DNA from: Protoeuglena noctilucae
Lineage: Eukaryota
Reading direction: 5' to 3'
Assembly (NCBI GenBank): GCA_958009085.1
Contig: OY253689.1
Location: 434,001 to 477,166 of the forward strand
Length of the DNA: 43,166 nt
Each line of letters begins with the position of its first letter. The stretch's first letter is position 1. The notes under the pieces are model-generated. The model saw nothing but the letters and a program-made list of their open reading frames with translations, was not told where the DNA came from and did not search any database. The position numbers and the translations under genes were made by a program. Shown piece after piece: positions 12,213-25,022 of the stretch.

Positions 12213-13554
12213 ATGCACCCCATCTCCTCGCCTTGATGGCCTTGGCGTACTCCCGCTGCTCAAAGAGCGCCCATCACACATCATACACCATGCATCCCCA
12301 TCTCGCCTTGATGGCCTTCACATGATCGGAACATGCATTATGCACTTAGCTCCCCCCCCTTTCCCATCTCGCCTTGATGGCCTTGGCATACTCCTGCTGC
12401 TCGAAGTGCACGTTCCCCATGTTGATGCGCACGCGGGCGGGGTGCTGGAAGGCCTTGCCCTCCCTTAGCATCTGCGTGTACACCGACAGCGCCTCCCCCA
12501 GCAGGCCGTTGCGGTGCAGGCAGTCACCCAAGTGGAACTGCACCGCGAATGTCAGGTCCGTGTTCTGCATCGCCTCCGCTAGGCCCTTCTCCTGGGGGGG
12601 TAATGGGGTGGGGTGAGGTGGGGGCGACTTGCGATGTGAGCGGGGCAAGGGTATGAGGGGGGAGGGGGGTGCGGTGGGTGCGTTGCGGTTAATCAGTCTC
12701 CACACAGCACCTAGGAACTGTAAACTAACCACCCTGTCCAAGCACTGCACACACCCATCCCCCCTCACCTCTAAGAACCGCACCAGCGCCCTCTCCCTCT
12801 TCACCGCCTCCTTCGCCTTGTCGAGCGCCCCAGCCAGATTGCCCTGCCCCGCCAATGCAGCGCTCTCCTCGAGTGCCTCGTTTGCCGCCAGCTCCATGTC
12901 ACGCGCACGGGCCTCGGCGCTCCTCTCGATGCGGGGGGCGCCCACGCCGCCGCGAGCGCCTGGGGGTTGGGGGGGTGGGGGGGGTGGGTAGGGGTGCGGC
13001 GGTGGTGGGGGCGGTGGTGCGAGGGCTGGACTAGCCACTGTTGCTTGGCTGAGCCGGTCAACGCGAGAAAAGGCTAGGCCAATCCAAGTGTGCACCCTGG
13101 TGATGTGCCCACCTACCCCCTCCATCCCTCACCGAGTGCCATGGGGTCGAACGCCGCCCTGCCGCCCGGTGCCGCGAGTGCCCCCGTGGCGGGGGGGCGG
13201 CTGGTGTACCCAGCGCCGCGGTTGGACGTCATCGGACGGCCGCCCCCGAGACCGCCTGACCCCGTCACGTCCGCATGCCTGGCCATGGCGCTGGGCGGAG
13301 GGATGAAGCCGCCGCCCGGCTGCACGCGGGGGGCGCCCGCGGCGGTGCCCAGAGGCGGGCCGCGCTTGCCGGCGAACGCCGTGGCGCCGGGGTCCGGGGA
13401 GGGCGTCGTGGCGTCGTACCCCGCGTAGAGGTCCTCGTCCCTCTGCGAAAACGAAACGAAACAAGCGGGAGTTTGCAGCGCATTTATTTCTGCAACGAAC
13501 GGCGACGCGCGCGGAGGATGCGACACTGCGGGGACTCGCCGTGGTGCCTGCCAT
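8092..13554 (-). CDS. IFT88: Intraflagellar transport protein 88 (TPR protein), about 13 exons
   Basis: MAGTT|RDEDLYAGYD, RPMTSNRGAG, RVRINMGNVHFEQQEYAKAIK|MWRMAVDQ, KWELMAASC, HADNVECLRYLV and C-terminal DWTLGEDLLPM* are collinear with Chlamydomonas IFT88 as I remember it. Confidence 0.95.
10911..11126. repeat. (GAGT)n tetranucleotide microsatellite, about 50 units, inside an IFT88 intron
   Basis: Directly visible, with a few GGGT/AAGT variants at the right end. Confidence 0.97.
12159..12211. repeat. (CA)n microsatellite in an IFT88 intron
   Basis: Directly visible. A shorter (GT)n lies at ~12003-12024 in the same intron. Confidence 0.95.
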
Positions 13555-14837
13555 GGTGGAGCAGTGGCGTAGCCCTGCTCAGCGGAGGGACCACGACGCC
13601 TATCCCGTAGCGGGAGGTGCTGAGAAATGACTTCTGCGACGACGGAGAGCGACGCGGGCGGGGGTCGTCGCTCAGGCTGCGCGACGCGTCTCGCAGCGAC
13701 ATTTTGCACAGGCGCGGTCCCCCCGGCGCGCGAGGGCGGATTGCGGGCTGGTTACCTGTGCTCGATGCGTCGTCTGTCCTAGCTTGACTGCCGCAGAGGT
13801 CACGCCCAGGTGCTGCGGGAGAGGAAGCGAATCCTGGTTCGCATCTCCCGAGCAAACTCATGAGGCGCGCGAGGGCTCCCGGGACACCCTAAGGTCGTCG
13901 CGGCGAGCCTGCAGCGTCGCTATCGAGCAAACTCTGCTATCGACCGCTAAGCGCGACGCATCTGGCCCGGAAGCCCACGCGGCAGTCAAGCGCAGGCATG
14001 CGCAATTGACAAGGGCCCCAGCGGAACTACGTGGGGGAGCGCTGCCCCTGCCGGACGCGGGATCGACATTCACGTGTTTGGGAGCACGAGAATCCAATCC
14101 CCGGCGAGGCTCAGCTCGATGAAAATGGTCAGCTCGGTCTCACCCTTGGACCCACGATACCACCACGCCCGGCAAACGCAATTTCGCCACCCTGTCGCGG
14201 ATATGCGCCTCCCATCTGCAGAGCTCCATCACATTCGCGACCCCGCGTCCTGCTGTCAGACTGACAGCTTCAAATGCGCAGAGAAATTGTGCAGGCTGCT
14301 TGCCTACTTCAATCTATGTTGAACCTCGCGCATCTCGGGGCGGCTGGGCTGCGTGTCGCCGAGCCGCTGCCTGATTCCGCGCCATTCCGCCGACCCGGCG
14401 CACCGCGGGTGGCGTACATAGGCGCATCTGAGTGTCGAGTGGCAGGAAGGGTCCGCCGTCGCGCCTGCCGTGCACGTCCCGCGCGGCGGGGCCCCCAGAT
14501 TGGCGGCGTGCCTTGCGTCCCTTTCCCGCGGTGAGGCCGCGGTCTCGATCCCTGGCTGCCCTCCGCAGCGCATATCTGCATCTTGCGGAACTGTGCGTTG
14601 CCTTGCTTTACGCTCCCGCCGCCCACACGCGCCGTGCGGGCTCCATCACATGGGGCGAGGTCACAAGCATGGAGTTTGAGCGCGAGCCCCGCAGGGGTGA
14701 TCCAAACACTCCTGCGGCCTTCTTCCTGTTATCAGCTACCGAGGGCAGCCTGGCAGCCCCGCACGGATGCCGCCACCGCACACCAATCAGTCGCAGCGTC
14801 TTTGCGACGCGGTCCACGTCCCCCGCCGCCCCAGGAG

Positions 14838-17800
14838 ATGAGCAAGACGCACCCGGGACACCCCACGCGGTCGGGCGCGCCCAGTCGCGCCGAGGACCTC
14901 GAAGCAGGGCTGAAGGCGGAGCAGCAGAGGCGCCAGGCGAGGGACGCGCGGGTCTCGCATCGATCCCCCTGCGCTGACGGCCCGCTGCGTCCCCCCGGAT
15001 CGTTCGTGCGATTGCGACACTGCATATGCGTCCCATATCCGCAGGCCATGTGGCTCCGCCTCGGCAAATGGCTCGTCGTCGTCTCCCTGGTGTGTCCCGC
15101 GCTCGCCCTCCTCTTTGTGTATCCGACCCCGACTCTCGCGTTTGCTCTTCTCTGCCTACCGCTCTTTCACCCCTCTGCCCCCTCTTGCCTGCCCAGGTCG
15201 GCGTGGCTGGCTTCGCCTTTGCCACCGCCATCCTCAGCACGGGGCTCTACGGCCCAGGTGACAGTCCCGAAGTAACATGACCATTTCAATCATATATTAC
15301 ATCATCTCTGTCGTTCGCTATACCATAACACTCCCCACCCCCCTCCCCTCTCCCCCAGTCAAGATCGCCCATGACGAGAACCACCGCCCCCCCGTCCTGA
15401 TCGACGACTACGAGGAGGCGTGGTGCGAGCTGGACATGTTCAGCATCCCCTACGCATTCGAGCAAGTCACCTCGATTCCCAACCAGTGCTGCAACCTCCA
15501 GGGACAAACCTGGGACATCAAGTACGACTGCTGCGACATGTACGTCAACGTGTGGCCCGCCTACAACGAGACGGACTTCGCCAACTACCTCGGGTACACC
15601 TCCATCCGCAAATTCAACTGCAGCCGGCAGCCCACGACCTTCGTCGAGGTCCCAAGCAACTACGCCCCCGTACCGCAGCCCACGGGGACGTTCACCTACA
15701 ACGGAACCTCCATCAACCCCCAATCCCTCCCGCCCCTCGCCCCCGCCAACGCCACCCCGCGGTCCACCGTCCCCGTCGATCCCCTGGGCACCCCCACGCC
15801 GCCGCAGGGCACCCGCGCAGCCACGGGGCCGGGGGGTGGCGGTGGTCCCGCACCCACCACGGCGGCCGGCGCACCGCAGCCCGGCGCCCCGCAACCCGGC
15901 ACCCCTCACCCGGCCACGCCCATGGGTGGAGCGGGCACGCCCGCCCCCGGGGCCCTGCCCCCAAGCACCGCTGCGCCCGGCGCCCCTCACCCGGCCACAC
16001 CCGCCCCAGGGCCTCAGACGCCCGGGCCGCACCCCCTGCCCACGCCCGCTCCCACCGCCCGGCGCATGCTTCGTGGCAATTCCGAGAACGAGAATCCCGA
16101 TACCCCCGGTCGCTCCCTTCGCTTCCTCCCGTCCCAGGACGCGGGTCAGTGCACGGCCGGCCACCCCTGCGCGTGCACCGAGTGCGTGTTTGGGTGGGTG
16201 ACGGCCACGGGCGCCTTCCAGGGCGACTGCGTGACGTGCACCAAGGATGTCGCCTACGCGACGCGGTGAGAAGGGAAATGAATGGAGATGTGGCTGCAGT
16301 ACACCATGCGACAGCAGTCACGCTTCCATCTCACCCATACGCTACTGACAGGGTCTCAGGGTCAGTGTCCTTCCCTGTCCATACCATCACCCCCATGAGA
16401 TGCGCCGTCATCAGATGCACCATGCATTTCAGACACTACTCACACACCCAGTGCCATCACCCCCCCGCAGCCGCGAGTGTCGACGTCGTCCCAGGTCCAG
16501 CCGGCCTGCAACGCCGCGACCGACACGTGCACGTGTGGTGCGTGCGTCTACACAGACACCTACGACCCCGTCACGGGCAACTACGCGGGCAAGCAGCTGT
16601 CGTGTCAGGCGTGCACGCGCGTGGCGGACGTGTTATTCCAGGAGAACAGCCAGGACCTGGCGGCGCTCGATGCGGGTGAGGGGGAGGGGGGTGGTGGTAT
16701 GTGATGGGTGGGGCCAGAGGAGCAGGGGTGTGAGGGTGACTGCTGGCATGGGTGATGCGGGTGAGGGGTGCGGTCGTATGGCAGTTGATGTGGGTGAGGA
16801 GGGAGAGCGATTGCCATTTAGCAAGTCCGGCTATCTCACACGTCACGCACCCAGTCACAGTATACTGACCACTCAGTATACTATGACTAGTCTCTCATCC
16901 CCCTTTCCCCCCCAGTGTGCTCTGGCCTCCCCGGCGCCAACTGCGCCTGCGAGTGGTGCGACGACTGGGGCGGCCAGGACGGGGACGTGCGGTGCGGCCA
17001 CTGCTACGCGGCAGCCACTCCCGCCTCCGCCCCCGGCCCCGCCCCTGCGCTCTGCTCCGTCGATCAGCCGTGCTTCTGCTCCAAGTGCGAGGCCGTGGTG
17101 GTGCGGCCGGGGGCGTCGGGGACGTACCTGAAGTGCGACAAGCGATACTGCACCACGGCGTCGCTCGTGGGGGACCCCAACGCACCCACGGGGTTCGTGG
17201 TGAGAGCAGGGGGGAGACAGGAGACATGTGCATGGCGAAGGGGCCCTTGCGCGGTCCGGTCGAGTGTTGATGCGGGCGCTGCGATGGCTGCGGATGTGAC
17301 AGATGACACGCCCCGACTGCCCCTGCTCTCGCGTAACCCGCCTCTTGCACCATGCTGTGTTACAAGCGCACCGTCACCTGACATCGCTTGCACCATGCTG
17401 TGTCCACGCACCGTCACCTGACCTCGCATATCTCCCTCCTCCCCCCTTCCTCAGAGCACGGAGCTGCACACCGGCTTCCGCACCATGCTCCCCTGGCGCG
17501 TGCGCACCACCAAGGACTCCCCCGGCCTCGAGTACCTCCTCCCCTTCGACTACGCCAACTTCACGTACGTGTCGTCCAGCGACGGCAACCCCTGCCTGCC
17601 CAGCGGCCTGCTCTCCTACGGGTGGCACCAGCCCACCTACGCGGTGAGGGGGGGGGGATGCGACACAGTGGTGTGTGGGTGTGGGTGTGGGTGCTTGGCT
17701 GCAAGGTGAGGGAACGCGACTTGTGTGGTGTGTGTGTGTGCTTGGCTGCATGGAGACTCGATTGCACACGCTTTGTCTCATGTCAGTGAGGGTCTAGTCT

Positions 17801-20800
17801 CGTTCACCTCGCCTCGCCATGTACCAACGCACCATCAACTCAGACCTTGTCGCATCGCACCTCGTCTCATCCCAACCAACTGACCATACCATCTCACCAG
17901 TCTCACGTCCCCTTATGTAACAACCCAGAAAGACTCTCTTGGCCGATTAACCGACACGCTGGAGTGGGTGGAGTGGACGGAGCAGTCCTTCAAGGCACGC
18001 GGCCTCGACACGCCCCTCTCCGGCCAGCGATTCAAATGCATGATCAGCCGCAAGTGGCTCGACCAGGACCCGGGGGCGTGTGGCATCAGCTACGAGCAGC
18101 CCAGGCGAGAGGGTATGGGGTGCACACATGCGACATAACAGACACCGCAGTCAACCGCAGCCCCCACAGCTGCCCATACTTCCTAGCGCCATCTCAACCG
18201 TCCCTGCATCCACTGCCTCTGCCAAACCCCCGCCTCTCTACCCGTCACCCTGCCATGACCATTCAAATCTCCCGTACCCCCCCAGGTGCGGCAACATCAG
18301 CGGCCAGGTGGAGCCGTCCCTGTGGTCGGCGTCCCATCGCGGTGACTACATGGTCGAGGAGTGCGCCCACTACAACCAGTTCCCCGACTGCGGCATTATC
18401 CCCCACGAGTCCGCATACTGGGACAAGGCGAGACATGCGGGGATGGATGCATTCTCGCAGATGGCATGCTTGCCGCTGATAGTACCTATACGCATGGCCG
18501 GCAATCTCACTTATGGACTCTCGCTGATGGCTTTGCGTGCATGTGCGGTTGCCTGCGATCAATGCTCATGGTCGACCATGCTTTGGTTGGCTCTACTGCT
18601 GTTCATTGTACAGTAGTTGAGAGTGCAACGACGGACCCCCCCCCCCCTACCCCACCCACCCAGGTCAAGCCCGCCAGCGCCATGTCCGGTTGGCACAGGC
18701 ACGTCCGCTCCATCGATTCGATCCTCTACTCCGCCGTGGCCATGTACGTGCTGGGGGGGGTCAGCCTGATGTGCGCGTACCTGGTGCATAGGTACTGGGT
18801 CGAGAGAGAAGTGGGGTTCGAGGTGAGGGGGGAATGGGTCGAGATGGTTGGGTTACGTATTCCCGCTCCTATTCCCACCTAGAGCAGCATTGCAGCAGTG
18901 GGTGGTTCATGCCCTCATCCGCCCCTCACCCACCCCGCCCCACTGTCCCACTGTGTGAATGCTTATTCACAGCATGAGCATGATCGGTGCGTCACCATCT
19001 CCCTTCAACTCCGCCCCCCCCCCCCCCCAGCACACGCTGGTGAGCGGCCCCCGTGCCCGTCACGCCAACGTGGTGCCCAAGCTGCAGGAGGCGAAGCACG
19101 AGGAGGTGTTTGATATTAAAGAGGGGTACCTGGTGAGTGATTGCAATGCATGGAGTGGATGGCAATGTGCATGAGTAGGGATGATGTGTGTTTGACATCA
19201 GAGAGGGGTACCTGGTCAGTGGACGTGATGGGTGGGGAAAGGGGATAGAAAGAGTGATGTGTGCAGAGACTCGGTTGGAAGATCGTTGTCCCCACCGTCA
19301 CCCCCTCTCCCTCTCAACCCCCCTCACTCCCTCCCTCCTCCCCCCCTTAGTCGTACCTGGATGGCTGGGAGGAGTCGGTGCAGATAGTGAATCTGACGAG
19401 CATGGACGTGGACGTGCGCATGATCGACAACGACGTGGGGGACGCGGATGACGACGAGAGGGAAGTCAGCTGCGGGGTCGTGGGGGCGGGGGGGACCATT
19501 GATGCCAAGCTAGCACAGGTGAGGGGGGGATGTCATGCATTGTGGGTGTTAAGCAAGCACAGGTGAGGGGGGGGGGGGATGTAATGCACTATGGATGCCA
19601 AGCTAGCGCAGGTGGGGGGGGGGGGGCTATGGGAGGTGAATGGCAAGTTACTGCAGGTGAAAGAGACAGTAACGACCATACAGGGTAGGGACGACCATGC
19701 ATGCGCAATCCCTCCTCTTCTCTCTTCCCTACCCTCGCATCCCCGGATCCATCCAACCCCTCCCATGCCACCCTCTTTCCTCTCCCACCACTGCCCCACC
19801 ACCCGTTTCCACCACCCTCCCCACCACTTTCCCAACCACCTCCCCCCCCCCCCCCCCAGGGCGTCTGGATCCGCGCCCGCACCGTGGACGGCACCCGCGC
19901 GACGCTCTTCTTAACCGAGGCATTCGCGTACACCTCCACCTACGCGCGCATACTGGGTAGAGACCGGCTGCCCCTCCCCTGCGAGCCGCGCACGGCCTGG
20001 ATGTGCCCGCTTGTGCACTACGATACCTACCGAGTCATCGTGTCCATCCACCAGCTGCAGCCGGGGCAGAGGTGACGAGTTAGATGAATAAGTCGAATGG
20101 GGATTAGTAAGTGGAATGGGGATTGTAGTTGTTTATGTTCATCGTATGCGCCTCTTCTGCCCCCCCCATCTCCTTGCAGCCCCGCCCCTCACCCACCACA
20201 CTCATTGTCAACATCGCCGCTGCACCCCCCGCCACTCCCATTACCCTCTTCTCCCCACCATAACACATAACACCTTCCCCTTTCCCCCCGCAGCCTCACC
20301 CCCGCGAACGTGGACACGGTGGGTCAGATCCACGCCATGCGCAAGGACAAGAGAGTGCGTGCGCTGATCGCTAAGGCACGCGCGGTGGGGGGCATGGCAC
20401 TCGCGGGCAAGGCAGCCAAGGACTACAGGCACAAGGTGGAGGCGGCGAAGGTTACCGCGACCAAGGCGCCCAGCAGCAAGGGTGAGGGGAGGGGGGGCGG
20501 TGGGACAGGGGAGGTGGGTGATGTTCAGTGACGGTGGATGCAGCGACGGTGGGATGACCGGCGATGCCCGATGCGCCCTCTCATGTCGCTGTTGCTCTCT
20601 TCTCCTTTTCTCTCGTCTCCAACACACCTCCCCCTTCCTTCTGAACCCTATGCACCTCCTCCACCCTCCCCTTCCCTCTCATCTCCCCCACCCTCGTCCC
20701 CCCACCCTCCCCTTCCTCTCATATCCCCCACTCTCCCCCTCCCCTCATATCCCCCCACTCCTCCTCCTCCACCCCTTCTCTCATCTCCCCCACACGCAGC

Positions 20801-23800
20801 CCCCCGCACCGTGTCCCTCTCCACCACCGCCGCCACCCACGGACCCCCCTTGACGGACCACCGCGACCGCCCCCGCCCCTCCCGCAAGCCGAGGGGAGCA
20901 TCCGAGTCATCCAAAGGGCAGTGGGCGCTCTCCCCCGCGCTCACGTGGGTGTGGGTGGAGCCGGGCATGCCGGGTTACGATCGCGTGACTGCCCTGGATT
21001 CCCGGGGCCGCCCCGCCCCCGATTCGCGCCCCGCCGATGCGGCGCTGATGGGCGCGGGGGACGGGCAGGGATTCGACGCCCTCGGCAACTGGGCGAGGGT
21101 GGAGGGGGAGTGGGCGTGGGTGGGGCGAGAAGACCCCAGGTGGGGGGCGGAGGGCGATGTATATACATTTGATATTGGATGTTAAGTAGTACTGTCATAA
21201 ATAGTCCCACTCACACGGTCGACAACCTGTAAACACTCTCAGTCTCCTTCGCCATGAACACACCATGCGCACCCTCAGTCCCATTCACTCATCGACATGC
21301 ACATGACGCGCCAGATGTACGCCCATGCACCTCTCTCTCTCTCTCTCCCGCAGGTGGAGTTCGCTGTTCCCGCCCATGCCAGCCGCGATGGAGGCCACGG
21401 ACACTGATTTTGACGAGGAGGGTGACGCGGGGGCGGAGGAGGGGGCGGTGATGGATGAGGACGTGGCGGTGGGGAACGTGCCGGTGAGTGGGGTGGGGGT
21501 AGGGCAATCGATGGGTGCATTGCGGACATGGATAAGACTGTGGATGAGGAGATGAGCAGAGGGGTTATATATGAGAGGCGAGCAGAGGGGCGGCAGGGTG
21601 CTGGGTGATGTGATGTGATGAGAAGGGGTGGGCTGGGTGTGGATGACCGTGGTGTGACTATGGGAGACGTCAGGTAGAAGACAGAGGGTGGTTGCGTGCA
21701 TGTGTGGCTGTCGCCTCATGCGATTGGTTGTGTTCTCTCTCTCCCCCCCAGCACAAGGCGGGGTCGTGGGTGATGCGTGCGGGTGACTGGGTGTGGAAGG
21801 AGGTGGGGGAGGAGTGGCCGGACGCACAGGAGCCCAGGCACGCCGTGTACACGCAGGCAAGCACATAAGCATATGGGGGATCGTGATGGGAGATGGATGA
21901 GCTGTTGGTGTACCATGGGACTGCCACTGCCGCGACTGCCACGATTGGCTGCCTCTGCCACCCTTGCCACCATACCTGCTACCGTCCCCACTGCCACCCC
22001 ACTGCTAACCCCCCTGCCCCCCCCACCACCACCCCCACAGCCACCCCCACTGCCACCACCCCAATGCCACCACCCCCACCCCCCCTGCCCCCCTGTCCCA
22101 TCTCCACACCACCCCCCTCCCCCCCCACTCCCCCAGTCGGACATGCGTCGCCCAGAGGTGCTGGACGTCAGCCCCGTGGCCTCCCCCGACGCTGAGCCGG
22201 GCCGCCCCGTGTCTCTGCTGGTCGCCAATGCCGAGGGGGTGGTGGTGCGGCTGTCGGCCGTCACGCCCGACGGATCCATCGCCGAGCTGCAGACGCTGGT
22301 GAGGGGGGGGAAGGGGGGGCGCGAGTGCGTTTGATCTGGGATGTTCGATCTATCTAAGATGGGGATGCGCTATCAAACACATTAGAAAGACGCAGTCGCT
22401 ATGTGTGTGCGTATGTGTGGCTCTCGCTCAGTGCACCCATGGCATCGCCTTTGCCTCTGCCTCTCTAACAAACACACTGAGCTGTGGACCGATGCACGCA
22501 CTCGTCACCACTAGTGTCAATTAGTGTCAACTATGCTGCCCTCTAACCCTTTTCATACGCAGAAGCCCAAGCGTCGTGCACTCGTTACCACTAGTAGTAC
22601 TGACTATGCTCCCCCCCCTCATTGTCATGCGCAGAAGCCCAAGCGTCGCTGGCGAGGCGAGGTCCCTGCGGGCACGTGGCTGGTGGCGGACAACCTCTCC
22701 GATGACCACGACCCCCTGTTCTTCGAGGAGACACTCGTGCCCGTGGCGGCGGGGCTCAGGGGGAGGGTGAGGGGGGGGTATGGGGGGGTGGGGGTGTCGC
22801 TTGTTGCACAGCGAAGGGCGTGGGGGGGTAGAGGGGTGCAGGGGTGTCGCTCGTTGTTCAGCAGACGGTGTCGCTTGTTGCTTTGCAGATGACGTTGCTC
22901 GTTGCATAGCGAAGGGCGTTGCATAGCAGGGGTGTCGTTCGTCGCATGGCGGGGAGTATGACAGTATCACTGTCATAAGCGACACTGTTTACTTAGTAAA
23001 CAGTATCGCTCATGACATCCATCGGGCAGCCAACATCGTCCCCCTCACTATCCACCCCACCCCCGCAGAAGGACCACCCGTGGGGCGTGAGTCGCCGCAC
23101 CAGCTGGATGGTGCCCTTTGACACGCACAGGGGGTACGACATCCGACTGGAGATGAGACTCGTGTCGGGTGAGGGGGAGAAGGGGTGGTGATTGCAACGG
23201 TGTGGGAGGGGGAAGGGGGGGGATGTGCTTGCAACGCGCGAGCGGGAGCAGGTGCGACTGCGCGTGAGCGGGAGCGGCAGAGAGGACCGTGTTACGTCGT
23301 TCCAGCGCACTGTGGCCACTTCCTCCATCGCTGCTGATACTGACATCTAAACCCCTGCTGATATTGACATCCCCCCCCCCCACCCACGCAGCCATCGACG
23401 GCCGCCTGCTCCCCCTCTCCCTCCCCCACGCCCCCCTCCACGCCGGCCCCGAGGTCGCCCACTTCTCCAACGTCAACTCGTCCGCCCAGGGAGAGGGGAC
23501 GGCCACGGTGCTCATCCGCAACGCGCAGAGGTTCGAGGTGGCGGTGCAGGTGTACGACGCGGAGGGGCGACCCCACACGCACGCCACGCTGCGGGCGGGG
23601 GAGCGGGTGTCGGCCACGCTGCCCAGGGGGGCGTGGATACGGTGAGGGGATGAGCAGCATCGCGTGTCAATGTGTCGTGACGGTCACGAGAATCGCTCGT
23701 CTCCCATCGCATCGCAACAGCCGCATGCTCCATGTTGCATGTTGTCACCAGCCATGTGCATGTCCACCTGGTCATTTCGTGACTCCCATGCAATACCTAC

Positions 23801-24101
23801 CCCCCCCCTCACCTCCCTCCCTCTCCCCCCCAGTGCCGTGGAGGCCAGCGACCCCCAGGCGTCGTTGAAGCGCCTCTTCTGGGACGAGTCGCTGCACTAC
23901 GTGGGGCCGGGCATCCCATCGCAGCGACCCAAGGGCGCGTCCCCGCGCGTGCACTGGATGGTGCCCTACGAGGAGAGGGGGCTGCATGAGACGCGGCTGG
24001 TGGTGCGCAACGCAGCGAGTGCCAAGGCCACGGTGGTCGAGGTGGACCTGGCCGCCACGCAGGACCACGCGCTGTTGCAGCGCATGATGGGCAAGGGATG
24101 A
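14838..24101 (+). CDS. Large uncharacterised membrane protein, about 22 exons: TM1, Cys-rich and Pro-rich ectodomain, TM2, then a cytosolic tail with three VHL-beta-like repeats
   Basis: Phase-consistent exon chain from ATG 14838 to TGA 24099-24101, with strong C/G third-position codon bias. Hydrophobic segments are WLVVVSL|VGVAGFAFATAILSTGL and ILYSAVAMYVLGGVSLMCAYLV. No family recognised. Confidence 0.75.
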
Positions 24102-24675
24102 CGCGTGGTGGCTGAGGGATGAGCGAGGCCGAGCAGCACAGCCACGCAATGCTGCAGCGCATGATAGCCAAGTGAGGCCGAGGGACGCGTGGCTGCGCAG
24201 AGGCTGGCCCCTCGCGACATGCGATATGTGACCTGTGACCTGCGACCCTCCCGCCACGACGCCTGCCACGACTGGCTGTCGGGGTCGCCGCATCAGTCAC
24301 CGTCGTGCCACACTCTGCAGCACGGCGTGTTTCTGATGCAAGCGCTTTACCCCCCTTTGATTTGTGACACGACCTGATCTCTTGCATGCCTTCCCAGCCA
24401 CCTCGGCCCTGTGTTCTCTGTTCCCTGTCTTTGAGCCCTGCCGACGGGTATGGTATGGCTGACCATGCCGACAACGCATTCGCGATAGCGGCGCAACGCG
24501 CATGTTGCGGCAGTTGAACGACCCTGCATGCGCACGCCCGAAAGCCACTGCAGCTGCCGACCGACCAGGGCGCGCGCTCGCTCACACGCAAGAACGGGAC
24601 GGCCGCATCCCCCCTCCCCCTCTCCCTCTTCACTGCTCGTCTGTACGCTCGCGCTAATCCTTCCCCTGAGCAGTC

Positions 24676-25022
24676 CTACTGCCCCGAGGGCTTCCCCTTG
24701 TCCTTCTTCTTGAGCAGATACGCTGCCAGGTACTCGATGGGGTCGCGGGGCCGCTCCTTGACCAGGCTCTGCATCGCTTGCATCAATATCGGCACAACCG
24801 TCTCCTCCAAGTAGTCGCGTATGGGCACCGCGCCGTCCTGCACGCGCTGGTGCACCTGGGGACCAAAGACGGATGCGTCGCGCACGGACGCGCCGGCGGG
24901 GCGCCTTCACGCAGCCAGCCTCGCGTACTTGGGACAATAAAGCCTCCAAAACTCGCCTGCATGGCTGCCTCCTCGGCCTCCCGCGCCAGCTGCGGGTTAT
25001 CAAACTTGGGCTCCGGTGGCAT
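24676..25022 (-). CDS. DPY30: Dpy-30 motif protein (probably the COMPASS subunit); exons 25022-24957 and 24855-24676
   Basis: [39 protein letters not shown] is the Dpy-30 motif. One GC-AG intron. Confidence 0.9.

Noticed and set aside
8795..12405. Spaced 25-45 bp direct repeats resembling a CRISPR array
   Set aside because: Each repeat is a different exon end with only 2-3 copies. The context is eukaryotic and no cas genes are present.
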